DNA of 64,000 nucleotides from Candidatus Latescibacterota bacterium (GCA_965203805.1 OZ241917.1:320001-384000), one strand, 5' to 3'; counted from the first letter of the stretch, positions 48,586-58,629 are shown. Notes: generated by a model from the letters alone, not told the origin. Numbers and translations are program-made.

Positions 48586-50241
48586 ATGGCAGAGGTATGG
48601 AGTCCTGAACCGGAGTTGCTGGCGTCGCTGGATGCGGCTGTACCGGAGATCCTGGCGTCTCAGAAAGAAAACGGACAGTTCGGTACGGAGCCGTGGATCT
48701 GTGGCGACCAGAACGTGATCTTCCCCCTTGCAGCGGCGTGGCATCTGAACGACAGCCGGTACCATGGGAACGAGGAGGTGCTGGAGGCGATCGTTCGGGG
48801 CGGCGACGCGCTGATTCACGCGCAGGATGAGGAAGGGAAGTGGACGTTTCTGAAGAAGGACTATTCGGAGTGGGGCCAGATCCTGATGCCCTGGACCTAC
48901 AGCCGCTGGATCCGCGCGTATCAGATCGTCCGGGACGCATTGGATGCAGATGCGCGCGCCCGATGGGACGATGCGTTGCTGCTGGGGTTCGACGGCATCG
49001 CCAGGACGTGTCTGGGACACGTCCACAATATTCCCGCGCACCATTCGATGGCTCTTTTCTGCGCCGGTACGGTGTTCGGCCGGGAGGACTGGCGAAACCA
49101 GTCGCGGGCGTTCATGGCGAAGGTGGCCGGCGCGCAATCGCCCCACGGCTGGTGGCCGGAGCACAACGGTCCCGTCGTGGCGTACAACTACGTCTATTCG
49201 GAATCTCTGGGCATCTACTACGGGATGTCCGGCGACGGGGAGGTGCTGCCCGCGCTGGACCGGGCGGCGCGTTATCACGCGAGTCTGACCTACCCGGACG
49301 GCAGCCCGGTAGAAACGGTGGACGGACGCAATCCGTATCACGAGGGAATTCGCCTGGGTAATGCGGGTTTCAGCCACACAGCCGCGGGCAGAGGGTATCT
49401 GGCGCGTCTGCACGGGCTGTTTCTGGCGGAGGGCGCGCGGTTCGATCCGGACTATGCCGCGAACCTGCTGCTGAACGGCGGCCGCGGAGAGGCAGAGGAG
49501 ACCACTGCCGGGCGTTCCCGGCACGTTTACCGGATGGGGGACGAGGCGACCGCGGTGAGGAACAGCCCCTGGTTCCTCTGTCTATCGGCCTTTGTCGTGG
49601 ATTTTCCCCAGAACCGGTGGGGCCAGGACCGGCAGAATTTCGTCAGCGTGTTTCACGACAGCGTGGGGCTGGTGCTGGGCGGCGGGAATACCAAGTTGCA
49701 GCCTCTGTGGAGTAACTTTACCGTGGGCGACAAGGGACTGCTGGCGCACACGCCCGGAGACGAGGATCCTGAATTCGACGTGCCCGCCGGATTAATCCAC
49801 GTGCCGGATGAACTCTCGTACGATTCGGACGAAGCGGGCGGGCGGCTGGAGATGCGCTACGGTGAGGAGACCTGCGGGGTGGAGGCGAGGATCGAGTCCG
49901 AAACCGAGTTGACGCTGGTGTTTAGCGCCACGGCGAATTCCGGTTTGCCGGTAGACGGACACGCGACGTTGATGCCGCACCTGGATCGGGAGGTGAGATT
50001 TGCGTCCGGAGAGGCGACGATGCTGGGTGAGGAGGGGGCGGAATGGGCCGGCGAGGCGTGGCTGGAACATGCGGGCTGGCGATTGCACCTGCCGCCCGGC
50101 AGCCGCGTGGTCTGGCCGGCGCTGCCGCACAATCCCTATCGAAAAGCCGGGGATTCGACCATCGAGGAAGCGCGCCTGGTGGTGGTCCTGTCCTTCTCCG
50201 CGGACGTGGACCGGCATGTGCTGAAACTGGAGGTCCTGTAG
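48586..50241 (+). CDS. Hypothetical protein, probable alpha/alpha-toroid plus beta-sandwich (lyase/hydrolase-like)
   Basis: Long ORF with host-like codon usage and GGAAGGAG RBS; HVHNIPAH, GWWPEHNGPVVAYN and ETVDGRN motifs recall heparinase-like toroids. Confidence 0.55.
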   Translation: MAEVWSPEPELLASLDAAVPEILASQKENGQFGTEPWICGDQNVIFPLAAAWHLNDSRYHGNEEVLEAIVRGGDALIHAQDEEGKWTFLKKDYSEWGQILMPWTYSRWIRAYQIVRDALDADARARWDDALLLGFDGIARTCLGHVHNIPAHHSMALFCAGTVFGREDWRNQSRAFMAKVAGAQSPHGWWPEHNGPVVAYNYVYSESLGIYYGMSGDGEVLPALDRAARYHASLTYPDGSPVETVDGRNPYHEGIRLGNAGFSHTAAGRGYLARLHGLFLAEGARFDPDYAANLLLNGGRGEAEETTAGRSRHVYRMGDEATAVRNSPWFLCLSAFVVDFPQNRWGQDRQNFVSVFHDSVGLVLGGGNTKLQPLWSNFTVGDKGLLAHTPGDEDPEFDVPAGLIHVPDELSYDSDEAGGRLEMRYGEETCGVEARIESETELTLVFSATANSGLPVDGHATLMPHLDREVRFASGEATMLGEEGAEWAGEAWLEHAGWRLHLPPGSRVVWPALPHNPYRKAGDSTIEEARLVVVLSFSADVDRHVLKLEVL

Positions 50242-50276
50242 CAACGTGACCACTCCGGTCCAACGGGTATTCGCCC

Positions 50277-51149
50277 ATGGAACACAGCGTTGAGGACGGT
50301 TGGTTCAGGATCGACGTGAACCTGCCGGCGTCCGCGTCGGATGCGGTTTCCGAACTACTGTTCCGCCTGGGAAGCTGCGGCCTGGAGGTGCAAAGTGGCG
50401 CCGCAGGCGGTAAGTCCGGACTGAAGGCATACTTTCCCGCTGAAAAACACAGCGTCCGCGTGGTTTCCGGCCTGTGGAGCGGACTGGTATCGACGTTCGG
50501 AGATCTGCGGTCCGTGCGCGTGGAAGTGGCGGAGGTTCCGCCGGAGGATTGGGCGTCGTCGTGGAAGTCCCGTTTCCGGCCCGTTTACCCGGTTCCGGCG
50601 GTTGCGGTCTGTCCGCCCTGGGAACGCGTCGACGATCCGGAAGGCGGGTTTACGCTGGTCATCGAACCGAAGACGGCCTTTGGAACCGGTCACCACGAAA
50701 CGACACGGCTGGCGCTGAAGATGATGCACGCTGTCGTGAAACCGGGCGACACGGTATTGGACGTGGGCACGGGCTCAGGGATCCTGAGTCTCGCCGCGGC
50801 CGGGCTCGGCGCTGCGCGGGTGACGGGCATCGACGTCGATCCGACGGCCGTTCAGAATGCCCGGGCGAATATGAGCCTGAATGAGATTGCCGGCGACGTG
50901 GCATTCCGCGTGGGTACCGTTGAAGGCGTTACCGGTGATTTCGACGTTGTCGTGGCCAATATCGACAGCCGGACGTTGCGCCCGTTGCTGCCCTCGCTGG
51001 CCTCACGCGTGGCGGCGTGCGGCAATCTGATCCTGGGGGGCGTGCAGGTTCGGGAACGGGCGACGTTTCTGAAGGCACTACGGCCGGCCGGTCTAAGGGT
51101 GGTGGAGGTCCTGGACGAGAACGAGTGGCTGGGCATTCGGGCGGCGTGA
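50277..51149 (+). CDS. prmA: Ribosomal protein L11 methyltransferase
   Basis: EDWASSWK, PPWE, AFGTGHHETT, LDVGTGSGIL and VVANI motifs. Confidence 0.92.
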   Translation: MEHSVEDGWFRIDVNLPASASDAVSELLFRLGSCGLEVQSGAAGGKSGLKAYFPAEKHSVRVVSGLWSGLVSTFGDLRSVRVEVAEVPPEDWASSWKSRFRPVYPVPAVAVCPPWERVDDPEGGFTLVIEPKTAFGTGHHETTRLALKMMHAVVKPGDTVLDVGTGSGILSLAAAGLGAARVTGIDVDPTAVQNARANMSLNEIAGDVAFRVGTVEGVTGDFDVVVANIDSRTLRPLLPSLASRVAACGNLILGGVQVRERATFLKALRPAGLRVVEVLDENEWLGIRAA

Positions 51150-51176
51150 CAGCTTCCGGTTTTTATCCGCGCAGCG

Positions 51177-52295
51177 TTAGCCGTCGGCCAGTTTGAGCAT
51201 TTTTTCTGTCGATTTGAGTCCGTGTCCCGTGAGTGGCGCAACAATACACTCGTCAACGGACGCCGTGAATTTACCGAAGGCCGCGATGGCGGTTGCCGAG
51301 GTGGGTTCGGCGTAAAGGCCCTGGTTGCAGATTTTCAGCAGGGCTTTTTCAATTTCGTGGTCGGTCACGGAAACAACTTCGCCGCCGGTCTCCCGAACGA
51401 TGTCGAGGATCTGCGAAGCGCGCGTGGGTTCGGCAATGGCAATTCCCTCGGCAACGGTATCCCCGGAGGACGCAGGGGGAATTTCTGGGAGTTGATCCCG
51501 CCACATCCGGTAGATGGGGGCGCAGCCCGCGGCCTGCACGGCGATCATTCTGGGTAGCCTGGCGATCAGGCCGTTCTTCAGGAGGTCCTGGAATCCAAGA
51601 AAGGCGCCGATCAGCAGGGTGCCGTGCCCGGTGGGGACAATCAGGGCATCCGGCGCCGTGAAACCGAGTTGCTCCCAGATCTCAAATGCGTATGTCTTGG
51701 TCCCCTGAAAGAAAAACGGGTTCCAGACGTGGCTTGCATAGAAGTGGCGTTCGGCCGCATCCATTGCCGCACGCGCCGTGGCTTCCCTGGTGCCGGGAAC
51801 ACGGATCAGCTTTGCGCCGTAGAGTCGTATTTGCGCGAGTTTACCGGGTGAAGTGGACTCGGGGACGAATATTTCACACGCCATACCCGCCTTTGCCGCG
51901 TACGCGGCGACGGCGGCGCCGGCGTTGCCGGAGGAATCCTCCACGACTCTTTCGACACCCAGCTCGAGCGCGCGACTGATGAGTACGGATGCGCCGCGGT
52001 CCTTGAAGGAACCCGTGGGGAAGAGGTTCTCCTGCTTTAAGGTAAGGAGTCGGCCGTCGATCCGCACCTGAATTAGCGGCGTAAATCCTTCGTTGAATGA
52101 GACGACGTGGTGATCCGCGCTGACCGGCAGCGCTTCCCGATATCGCCACATTCCGGGAGGCCTGCCGGCAATCCGGCGCGTGTCGATGGCGCCCTCGAAA
52201 TCGACGTCGAGGGGCGCGCCGCAGACGCATCTCCAGCGTCCGGTCGCTTCGGGATGAATGGCGCCGCATGCCCGGCACACCATCTGCACTGTCAT
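51177..52295 (-). CDS. thrC: Threonine synthase-like PLP enzyme
   Basis: N-terminal CxxC..CxCG, MWRYRE, PTGSFKDRG, SSGNAG and LTGHGLK motifs. Confidence 0.75.
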   Translation of the reverse strand: MTVQMVCRACGAIHPEATGRWRCVCGAPLDVDFEGAIDTRRIAGRPPGMWRYREALPVSADHHVVSFNEGFTPLIQVRIDGRLLTLKQENLFPTGSFKDRGASVLISRALELGVERVVEDSSGNAGAAVAAYAAKAGMACEIFVPESTSPGKLAQIRLYGAKLIRVPGTREATARAAMDAAERHFYASHVWNPFFFQGTKTYAFEIWEQLGFTAPDALIVPTGHGTLLIGAFLGFQDLLKNGLIARLPRMIAVQAAGCAPIYRMWRDQLPEIPPASSGDTVAEGIAIAEPTRASQILDIVRETGGEVVSVTDHEIEKALLKICNQGLYAEPTSATAIAAFGKFTASVDECIVAPLTGHGLKSTEKMLKLADG

Positions 52296-53080
52296 CGCTG
52301 GACTCTTCCTTTCAGCATGCGTGAGGTGATGGCGATCGCCGTGCGGCGCGGGATGAACCTTCCCGTGAAATTGAGCATCCTGTTGACGCGTCCATGGATC
52401 ACGGATGGCCTTTTTCCAAGGCTCCTCAAAGCCAGGGCCACGACGGCATCGGGCGCGGCCTCTCTGAGGCCGCTCGCATCCTTCATGCGGGCGACGCGGG
52501 TGAATTCGGTTCTTGTAAAGCCGGGCGAGAGCGACAGCACGTCGATGCCTTCATTTCTGTATTCCTTCCAGAGGGATTCGCCCATCAGAAGATTGAAGGC
52601 TTTCGTGGCGCCGTAGACGCCGAGATACGGGGTCGCCTGGTACGCGGCGGTCGATGCGAGAAAGATCAGCCCGCCGCGACCTCTCTCGAGCATACGGGGC
52701 AGGTAGTGGTTGGTGAGCTGTACCGGCACGACGCAGTTCAGCACGGTCATGTTTACGACGCGGCCGGGATCCAGGTCCGTGTAAGCGCCGGAGAGGCCGA
52801 AACCGGCGTTGTTGACCAGCAGCCCGACTTCAAGGTCGCCGGTCCGGTCTTCGATCCGCGAGCAGGCGTTGCGGTCCGTCAGGTCTACGGATACGACCCG
52901 CGTCTGTACGCCGTGAGCCCGTCGGACGCCGTCGGCCAGCGCCTCCATTCGTTCCGCCCGGCGGGCGACGAGCGCCACGTTCAGACCCATGGCTGCGATC
53001 TGCTTCGCGAATTCGGCCCCAAGGCCGGATGACGCGCCGGTGACCACGGCCCATTCGCCATATTTCTCCCGCCATCTCAA
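52292..53080 (-). CDS. Short-chain dehydrogenase/reductase
   Basis: TGASSGLG, VNNAG and YGATK motifs. Confidence 0.9.
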   Translation of the reverse strand: MRWREKYGEWAVVTGASSGLGAEFAKQIAAMGLNVALVARRAERMEALADGVRRAHGVQTRVVSVDLTDRNACSRIEDRTGDLEVGLLVNNAGFGLSGAYTDLDPGRVVNMTVLNCVVPVQLTNHYLPRMLERGRGGLIFLASTAAYQATPYLGVYGATKAFNLLMGESLWKEYRNEGIDVLSLSPGFTRTEFTRVARMKDASGLREAAPDAVVALALRSLGKRPSVIHGRVNRMLNFTGRFIPRRTAIAITSRMLKGRVQR

Positions 53081-53163
53081 GTGTACTCCTCCTCAATAGC
53101 CAGTTGGACCAATGCCGTGACAGAACTCGCGAAACCGGGTCGGATATCTTCCATTGGGACCGA

Positions 53164-54015
53164 CTAGCATTTCAGCGCGGATTCGGCCAACGCGTTCGTA
53201 TCGGTCACCATCCCGGCCCATGCGCTGTCGGTATAGTCGGGACCGAAGTCGAAGGGCGGGGTTTCGATGCACATGGTACGTTCGTAGCCGATGTGCGCGG
53301 CATGCCGGAAGAATTCACGCCAATCCACTCTGCCGTGGCCGGGGGCGAGATGGGAATCGCGGTCGCCCGCGTTGTCCGCCAGATGAAAGGCGACGATTCG
53401 GGGTCCCATCACCTCAAAGAAGCGGTGCGCATTTCCACGGCCGGCAACCAGCGCGTGGCCGGTGTCCAGGCAGAACCCGAGGTTGGGATGGGCGAAGTCC
53501 CTGATGATCCGCTCGAAATGTTCCGGCCTGGACGTGAAACGACCGCCGTCGGAAGGCAGCATATTCTCCAGGGCGATCGTGAAGTCGAGGGCTTCAGCCT
53601 CCCGCAGCAGCGTGTCGAGGCTCTTTCCGATCTGGCGGAAATAGGTCTCGAGGCCCTCCACGTCGGCGTTCGTCCGATTGGTCGTTGGATGCTGGATGCC
53701 AACGGTGGCCCCGAGCAGCGACGCTTTTCCCATCCAGAATCGCATGTTGTCCACGGCCCGCCGGCGTGTCGTCTCATAGAAGGAAGCGATGTCGTCGTCG
53801 GCAGAAAAGGGCAGATGAAACGTCTCGATGCAGAGGCCCGCGTCACGATAGCTGTCGCCCAGCATTTGGAGTTCGGTTTCCGGCTTTCCTTCAAAGAGCG
53901 GCGGTGAGCCTTCGATGCCCGCCAGACCCGCGAAGCGACAGGTTTCCACGATCTCATCGTGGGACTTCCCGGCCAGCGTATAACCTGTCGTGGTCCACGT
54001 CCATGCCTTTCGCAT
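53164..54015 (-). CDS. Sugar phosphate isomerase/epimerase
   Basis: HLPF, ALENM, CLDTGH, HLADN..DSHLAPGHG and IET motifs. Confidence 0.85.
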   Translation of the reverse strand: MRKAWTWTTTGYTLAGKSHDEIVETCRFAGLAGIEGSPPLFEGKPETELQMLGDSYRDAGLCIETFHLPFSADDDIASFYETTRRRAVDNMRFWMGKASLLGATVGIQHPTTNRTNADVEGLETYFRQIGKSLDTLLREAEALDFTIALENMLPSDGGRFTSRPEHFERIIRDFAHPNLGFCLDTGHALVAGRGNAHRFFEVMGPRIVAFHLADNAGDRDSHLAPGHGRVDWREFFRHAAHIGYERTMCIETPPFDFGPDYTDSAWAGMVTDTNALAESALKC

Positions 54016-54091
54016 GATGGTTTCCTTCCTGAATGCGTGAAACGCGTGTGATTGTGGGCCAACTCCAATGGTCGGCCGCTACAACGGACTG

Positions 54092-54868
54092 CTACGCCTT
54101 TGCCGCCTGCGCCCGTTTTGCCTCCCAGCGATCGTACCAGTCCAGCAGTTGGGGCGTTGGCGCGAAGTCGTGTATGGTCACCCGTTTGCGTCCGGGCAGA
54201 TAATTGCCGATATGCCATCCGTTGGGATGGTAGAGCGCGAAATCACCCGCGTCCATATACAGCCGCTCCGAACGCGGCATCGCCTGAGTATACTCCAGAC
54301 ACGCGCGTTCCCGTGCTTCGTACGGTACGTCTTCCGGAGGCAGGGGAGCCCCGGCCGCCTCTGTTTCGTCGGGCAGATCGTCTCGCAGGTAGCTTCCCGG
54401 CACATACCACGTGCAGTTGTCCTCGTAGAGCGGGCAGTTGATCTGGTTGAACCAGAGCGGATCGTGGTTCACGCGGCGAAACTCCTCCACGTCTGGTACG
54501 TTGGATGTTTCCCGAAGGTCCCGGTGCCAACGGGTGCACCAGGGCTGGTCCCCTGGCTCCAGCAACAGCCCCATTCGCTTGAGTTCGCTATTGGCGATTC
54601 TGTGCTCGGGGGTGAGCACCCTGCTGACGGCGTCAACCAGCGGGGGAAATTCCGCATAGTCGTGAAACGGCCGCATATCGATATCGTAATTGGCAATGGG
54701 CTGGAGGCGCTGAGCCTGCGGGCCCCGTTTTTCACGGGCACAGACGTGCGCCTTCGCCGCGGCACGACGCAGGTCGCCGATGAGCGACGGCGGCAGGATC
54801 TGCCGAAAGATCACGCAACCCCTTGCTCGGTAGTCGTGGATCATCGAGTCCTGGAATCTGAATCCCAT
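54092..54868 (-). CDS. Phytanoyl-CoA dioxygenase (PhyH) family Fe(II)/2OG dioxygenase
   Basis: WHRD (HxD), WYVPGS, AGDF..WHIG..R motifs; AAGGAGG RBS. Confidence 0.8.
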   Translation of the reverse strand: MGFRFQDSMIHDYRARGCVIFRQILPPSLIGDLRRAAAKAHVCAREKRGPQAQRLQPIANYDIDMRPFHDYAEFPPLVDAVSRVLTPEHRIANSELKRMGLLLEPGDQPWCTRWHRDLRETSNVPDVEEFRRVNHDPLWFNQINCPLYEDNCTWYVPGSYLRDDLPDETEAAGAPLPPEDVPYEARERACLEYTQAMPRSERLYMDAGDFALYHPNGWHIGNYLPGRKRVTIHDFAPTPQLLDWYDRWEAKRAQAAKA

Positions 54869-54878
54869 TGCGCCTCCT

Positions 54879-55439
54879 TCACGACACCTTCCTGACGCCA
54901 TCTCCCACCCGAACCGTGCCCGGCCGGACCACGCTCGCATTGAGACCGCGAAGCCGGAGCCGCTTTCCCGCGAGTGAGTTGACGAACTTCATCGCATCCG
55001 CGCCAAAACGGGATACGAATTTGCGGCAGCCGGTATGGGGTTGCTCGGAAATCCGGATCACAGCACCGCCGATCGCCAGCCGGGTACCCGCCGGCAGATT
55101 TTCTTCGCTCAGATCCAGGTCCACGTACAACTGGTCTCCGGCGAGTTGCCAGCGGCTGTCGTCCTGCGCAACCAGGGCGGCGCACCGGGCGTTCATAACG
55201 TTGAGTTGCATGTCGGGGTTTGCGGATCCGTCGGGGGTGCTGGAACTACCGCGGGTCTTCCAGTTGTCGCCGACAAGTCCCTCTGCCGGGTGCAGTTCGC
55301 CTTCGGCGAGGACCTCACGCTGGTCGGTTGCCGGCCGCCGCACGATCAATTTCAGGACGCCCGCGTCGTCCGGTGAATTTCGCACATGGCCCAGTCCCGC
55401 TTCGAGTTCTTTCATTGTGAGGTGTCTTGCGTCGTCCAT
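54879..55439 (-). CDS. MOSC domain protein
   Basis: GLVGDNW, AGDQLYVDLDLS, PHTGC and RGLNA..G.V.VGD motifs. Confidence 0.88.
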   Translation of the reverse strand: MDDARHLTMKELEAGLGHVRNSPDDAGVLKLIVRRPATDQREVLAEGELHPAEGLVGDNWKTRGSSSTPDGSANPDMQLNVMNARCAALVAQDDSRWQLAGDQLYVDLDLSEENLPAGTRLAIGGAVIRISEQPHTGCRKFVSRFGADAMKFVNSLAGKRLRLRGLNASVVRPGTVRVGDGVRKVS

Positions 55440-55543
55440 ATCCGCCCTCCGTTTTCGAGTTTCACAACAGTTGGAATAATGCCGTCCCGCGCGGACTGCC
55501 CCCGGTCCGGCTTCGCGCGGCAATGCTGTTCCCGGACAATCTT

Positions 55544-56230
55544 TCAGGTTGGAGACGCAGGCCAGTCGAACCCGTAGCCGACCCCTCTAACCGTGGAAAT
55601 GACGCCGTTGAAGCCGGTCAACTTCGCCCGAAGCCGCGCCACGTGGACGTCGACGGTGCGCATGCCGCCGTGATAATCGTAACCCCAGATGCGGTCAAGC
55701 AAGTCCGAACGGGTGAAGACGCGTCCCCGGTGGACGACAAGGTACTTCAATAGCTCGTACTCCTTCAGCGTCAGGTCGACGAGCGCCCCGCCGATCCTGA
55801 CTTCGTACCGGGCCAGGTTGATGACCAGGTCGTCCAGCCGGATCGCATCCCGTTGGTCCCCGCGTCCGAGGATGAGTCGCAGGCGGGTTTCCAGTTGCCC
55901 GGGGGAGTAGGGACGGGTGATGAAGTCGGTTATTCCGGCGGAGAAGTCGAGGTTCGAGACGCGAGCTTCGTCGGTGATCAGCAGCAGTGGCGTGTTTCGT
56001 GCGCCCGGAGACCGGAGCAGGCGTTGAACGCGATCAGGCAGTTCGCCGGGGAACGTCTCGTCGTCGACGACAATCAGATCAGCGGGATTGCCCGGCACGC
56101 TGGGGGCATCGGGCATGACCGTGAAATCCGGGTTCCAGGCCGGGCGAGTCACGGTATGACCGATCGATTCCAGGTCTGACTTGAGTTGTCTGCCCTGTGT
56201 CTCGCCGGCAAGCAGCAGGATGTGGGACAT
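55544..56230 (-). CDS. OmpR-family response regulator with atypical receiver (GlnR-like)
   Basis: C-terminal wHTH LTLKEYELL..GRVFTR..WGYDY.GG.RTVDVHV.RLR.KL; receiver lacks the N-terminal acidic pair. Confidence 0.85.
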   Translation of the reverse strand: MSHILLLAGETQGRQLKSDLESIGHTVTRPAWNPDFTVMPDAPSVPGNPADLIVVDDETFPGELPDRVQRLLRSPGARNTPLLLITDEARVSNLDFSAGITDFITRPYSPGQLETRLRLILGRGDQRDAIRLDDLVINLARYEVRIGGALVDLTLKEYELLKYLVVHRGRVFTRSDLLDRIWGYDYHGGMRTVDVHVARLRAKLTGFNGVISTVRGVGYGFDWPASPT

Positions 56231-56513
56231 AGATTCGGCGTGGCGTCTCGGCGCGGTTGCATGTTGGCAACCATTCCGGCTATGAAACCAGCGGTCCGGT
56301 CCGCTTCGTCCCGCTGGTGGTGGGACCTGCAGGCCGAGGGCGGAAAACTACAGTTGGCGGCGCGGTCTTGTCAAGTCCTATCTCAGCACCCTGAAACACC
56401 GGACTTTTGGGACACGCGGCGGTGAAGACGAGACTTTCTGCTGCCGTTGCGACGCAATGTACACAAAGAAGAAGGCCGAAGCGGCTCGCGGCCCCGGCCC
56501 TCTGGCAGATAAA

Positions 56514-56604
56514 AATATAACAAGAACCGCAATCGAAGTCAACAAAAATAAATCCTTTAAAAACATAATATTAAATTGACTTTTTCAATTTCATTTCGTA
56601 TTTT
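56514..56604. promoter_or_regulatory. Back-to-back divergent sigma70 promoters in an AT-rich island
   Basis: Minus: TTGACT(56542-37)-17-TATATT(56519-14). Plus: TTGACT(56576-81)-17-TATTTT(56599-604). Palindrome AATTGA-N5-TCAATT over the plus -35. Confidence 0.6.
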
Positions 56605-56692
56605 CGGTCGTAGAGGAGTCGTTTCTTTTCCTGCCCTTCAATTCCGGCGGTTGCTTTAGAGAGCGTTCCGTGTTTGCGGACAAGGGGTGTCA

Positions 56693-57691
56693 ATGGATCG
56701 GAAGCCGGTCATTCGCGAGCAGAAGCCATGTGCGGTCTGCGGAGCGGCGATTCCGGAGGATCGCAGGGCGGTCATGCCCGGCGCGTCGACGTGTGTGAAA
56801 TGCCAGGAGGAGCGGGAACTGGCGAACGGGACGGACGACGTTCGAGAGGGGATCTCCGGCACGTCGGCGTCCGCTGAACCGGGTTCGGTGGAAGTCAGGG
56901 GGAATCTGGTTCTGTCGGGAAATTGGTCCGGTAATCTGATGGACCTGATCGGGCGTGAAAGCGAGTTCAGGCAGTTGTTGGCGTCCGGCGACGTCGAGCG
57001 GGTGCGATCGCTGATGCAGGCGCTCCCCGTGGAGGAGCAGGCCGCGCTGGTGGCGATGAGCGACGCACCGGAGGAGATGCTCTCGATGACCGGCGCCGAT
57101 CGTTCCGGCGTACCCGGGTACAGCCACAGGGTGGTGGAGCTTCTGCCCGCCGAGACCCTGGGCAGTCTGGTTTCGGTAAATCCGGATGAATGGAAGTTCA
57201 ACACGGAACTGATCCGGGCGATGTCACCGGGTGTTCTGCGTCGCACGATGGCGGAAACCCTGGACAGTGTGGACAATCCCGCATTGCGCACCCTCGTGTC
57301 CTGGGAGTGGCTGAAGGCCCTTGCGACGCTCAAGGAGTTCGACCGACGGGCAGCGTTGCTGCGCGCCGTGGACCCTTCGCTTCTCGAGGATGCGTTGCTG
57401 GACCGCATGGATGATCTGAATCTGAATGAGATCGTCGGGCCGCCTGGTTTTCAGGTCTATCGTTTCAGGCTGTTTTCTACGGAAGGGCTGGGCGGGATCC
57501 GCCCGAGCGCGTTTATCGACGATCCGGAGACCGGCATCGTTCTCGACGCGCTGTATGAAGCCGCACCCGCGCTGCTTTCCCGTGTGATTCGGGGAGCGTG
57601 GGAACGGTCCGAAGACGAGAAGGGGGAAGACGCGGAACCGTCGCAGCAACGGGAGAAGAATCAAGCGGACACCGGGGGGCCAGACCAGTGA
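56693..57691 (+). CDS. TraR/DksA C4 zinc finger fused to an uncharacterised helical domain
   Basis: CAVCGAAIPEDRRAVMPGASTCVKCQ is C-x2-C-x17-C-x2-C of DksA/TraR; remainder helical and acidic. Confidence 0.75.
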   Translation: MDRKPVIREQKPCAVCGAAIPEDRRAVMPGASTCVKCQEERELANGTDDVREGISGTSASAEPGSVEVRGNLVLSGNWSGNLMDLIGRESEFRQLLASGDVERVRSLMQALPVEEQAALVAMSDAPEEMLSMTGADRSGVPGYSHRVVELLPAETLGSLVSVNPDEWKFNTELIRAMSPGVLRRTMAETLDSVDNPALRTLVSWEWLKALATLKEFDRRAALLRAVDPSLLEDALLDRMDDLNLNEIVGPPGFQVYRFRLFSTEGLGGIRPSAFIDDPETGIVLDALYEAAPALLSRVIRGAWERSEDEKGEDAEPSQQREKNQADTGGPDQ

Positions 57692-58590
57692 ACCCTTTGG
57701 CGGTTGTCGACCTGGAGGGGCTCAGGCTCGATTCGGAGGGCTTCTTGGGCCAGGCGATTGCGTTGGGCATGAAATATGACAGACTCCCACAGCACGCCCC
57801 CGACGTACTGCTGGCTTATTTGCGAACCGAAGGCGCCAGGTTTGGCCGGCGGTACCGGACCGGGATCGCCGTCTCGCGAGATGTCCTGGTTCAGGGCGTG
57901 CGCCAGGCGCTGGTCAGCCTGGAACTGGGCCTGACGGTCTCTGCGGGGAACGATCTCAACCGGGCCGTGGATCTGCTTGCAAAGCCGGAATTCGAGAAAA
58001 TACGCAAACGGGGCTGGGAGGAAGCGTACGTGCGTCTGGAGGAGATGAGACGGGTCTGCCGCTCGATTTCGGGAAGGCCGGAGGCGCATCTCCTGCAGGA
58101 TTGCGGCTGGCAGATCGATCGCTGGTCCCGGGTCGTACCGGAGACATGGACGGTTTCCGGCGCGGAGGACGACGAGGTCGCGGAAGTGGACCCGCTGCAG
58201 GATTACCCGCAGTTTCTGGCGCTGCGCGCCAGGTTGAGCTTTATGCGGCTTCTGCCATCGCGCGTCCTGCGGCCATTTGCCGCGGCGGTAGACGAGTGCG
58301 GATTCCGTGATTTCCTGCGGCACCTCGTTCTGGCGCTGGCGCTGGAACGGGATAGACTCGTCCCGGATGCATCTGCCACTGTTGCCTTCGAGTCCGAATG
58401 TTTCGGTTCCGAAGGGATGGCGCCGTGGGCGCGGGACAAGGTGATGAGGAAGGTGGAGGAAATGGCGTGCGACGCGGTGGACGATTCCAATCTGCGGATG
58501 CTGCTTGTTCAGGACGTGGCAGCGGAGATCGATTGCCTGGAGGAACTCGCGGCCGGTTCGCTTGCGGACCACTTCGTCTCTGATGCCTGA
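57688..58590 (+). CDS. Hypothetical helical protein (DUF6178/DUF6179-like?)
   Basis: GTG start overlaps the upstream stop (GTGA); SLELGL..GNDLNRAVDLL..FEKIRKRG segment; family call is from recollection. Confidence 0.55.
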   Translation: MNPLAVVDLEGLRLDSEGFLGQAIALGMKYDRLPQHAPDVLLAYLRTEGARFGRRYRTGIAVSRDVLVQGVRQALVSLELGLTVSAGNDLNRAVDLLAKPEFEKIRKRGWEEAYVRLEEMRRVCRSISGRPEAHLLQDCGWQIDRWSRVVPETWTVSGAEDDEVAEVDPLQDYPQFLALRARLSFMRLLPSRVLRPFAAAVDECGFRDFLRHLVLALALERDRLVPDASATVAFESECFGSEGMAPWARDKVMRKVEEMACDAVDDSNLRMLLVQDVAAEIDCLEELAAGSLADHFVSDA

Positions 58591-58629
58591 ATCGGTCAGT
58601 TGGAGGCGTTGAAAGGGGCACATCCCGGT

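Noticed and set aside
56380-56400. GGGTGCTGAGA on the minus strand resembling a TPP riboswitch
   Set aside because: The downstream ACCTGA..GGATAATGCC..CGTAGGGA core is absent.
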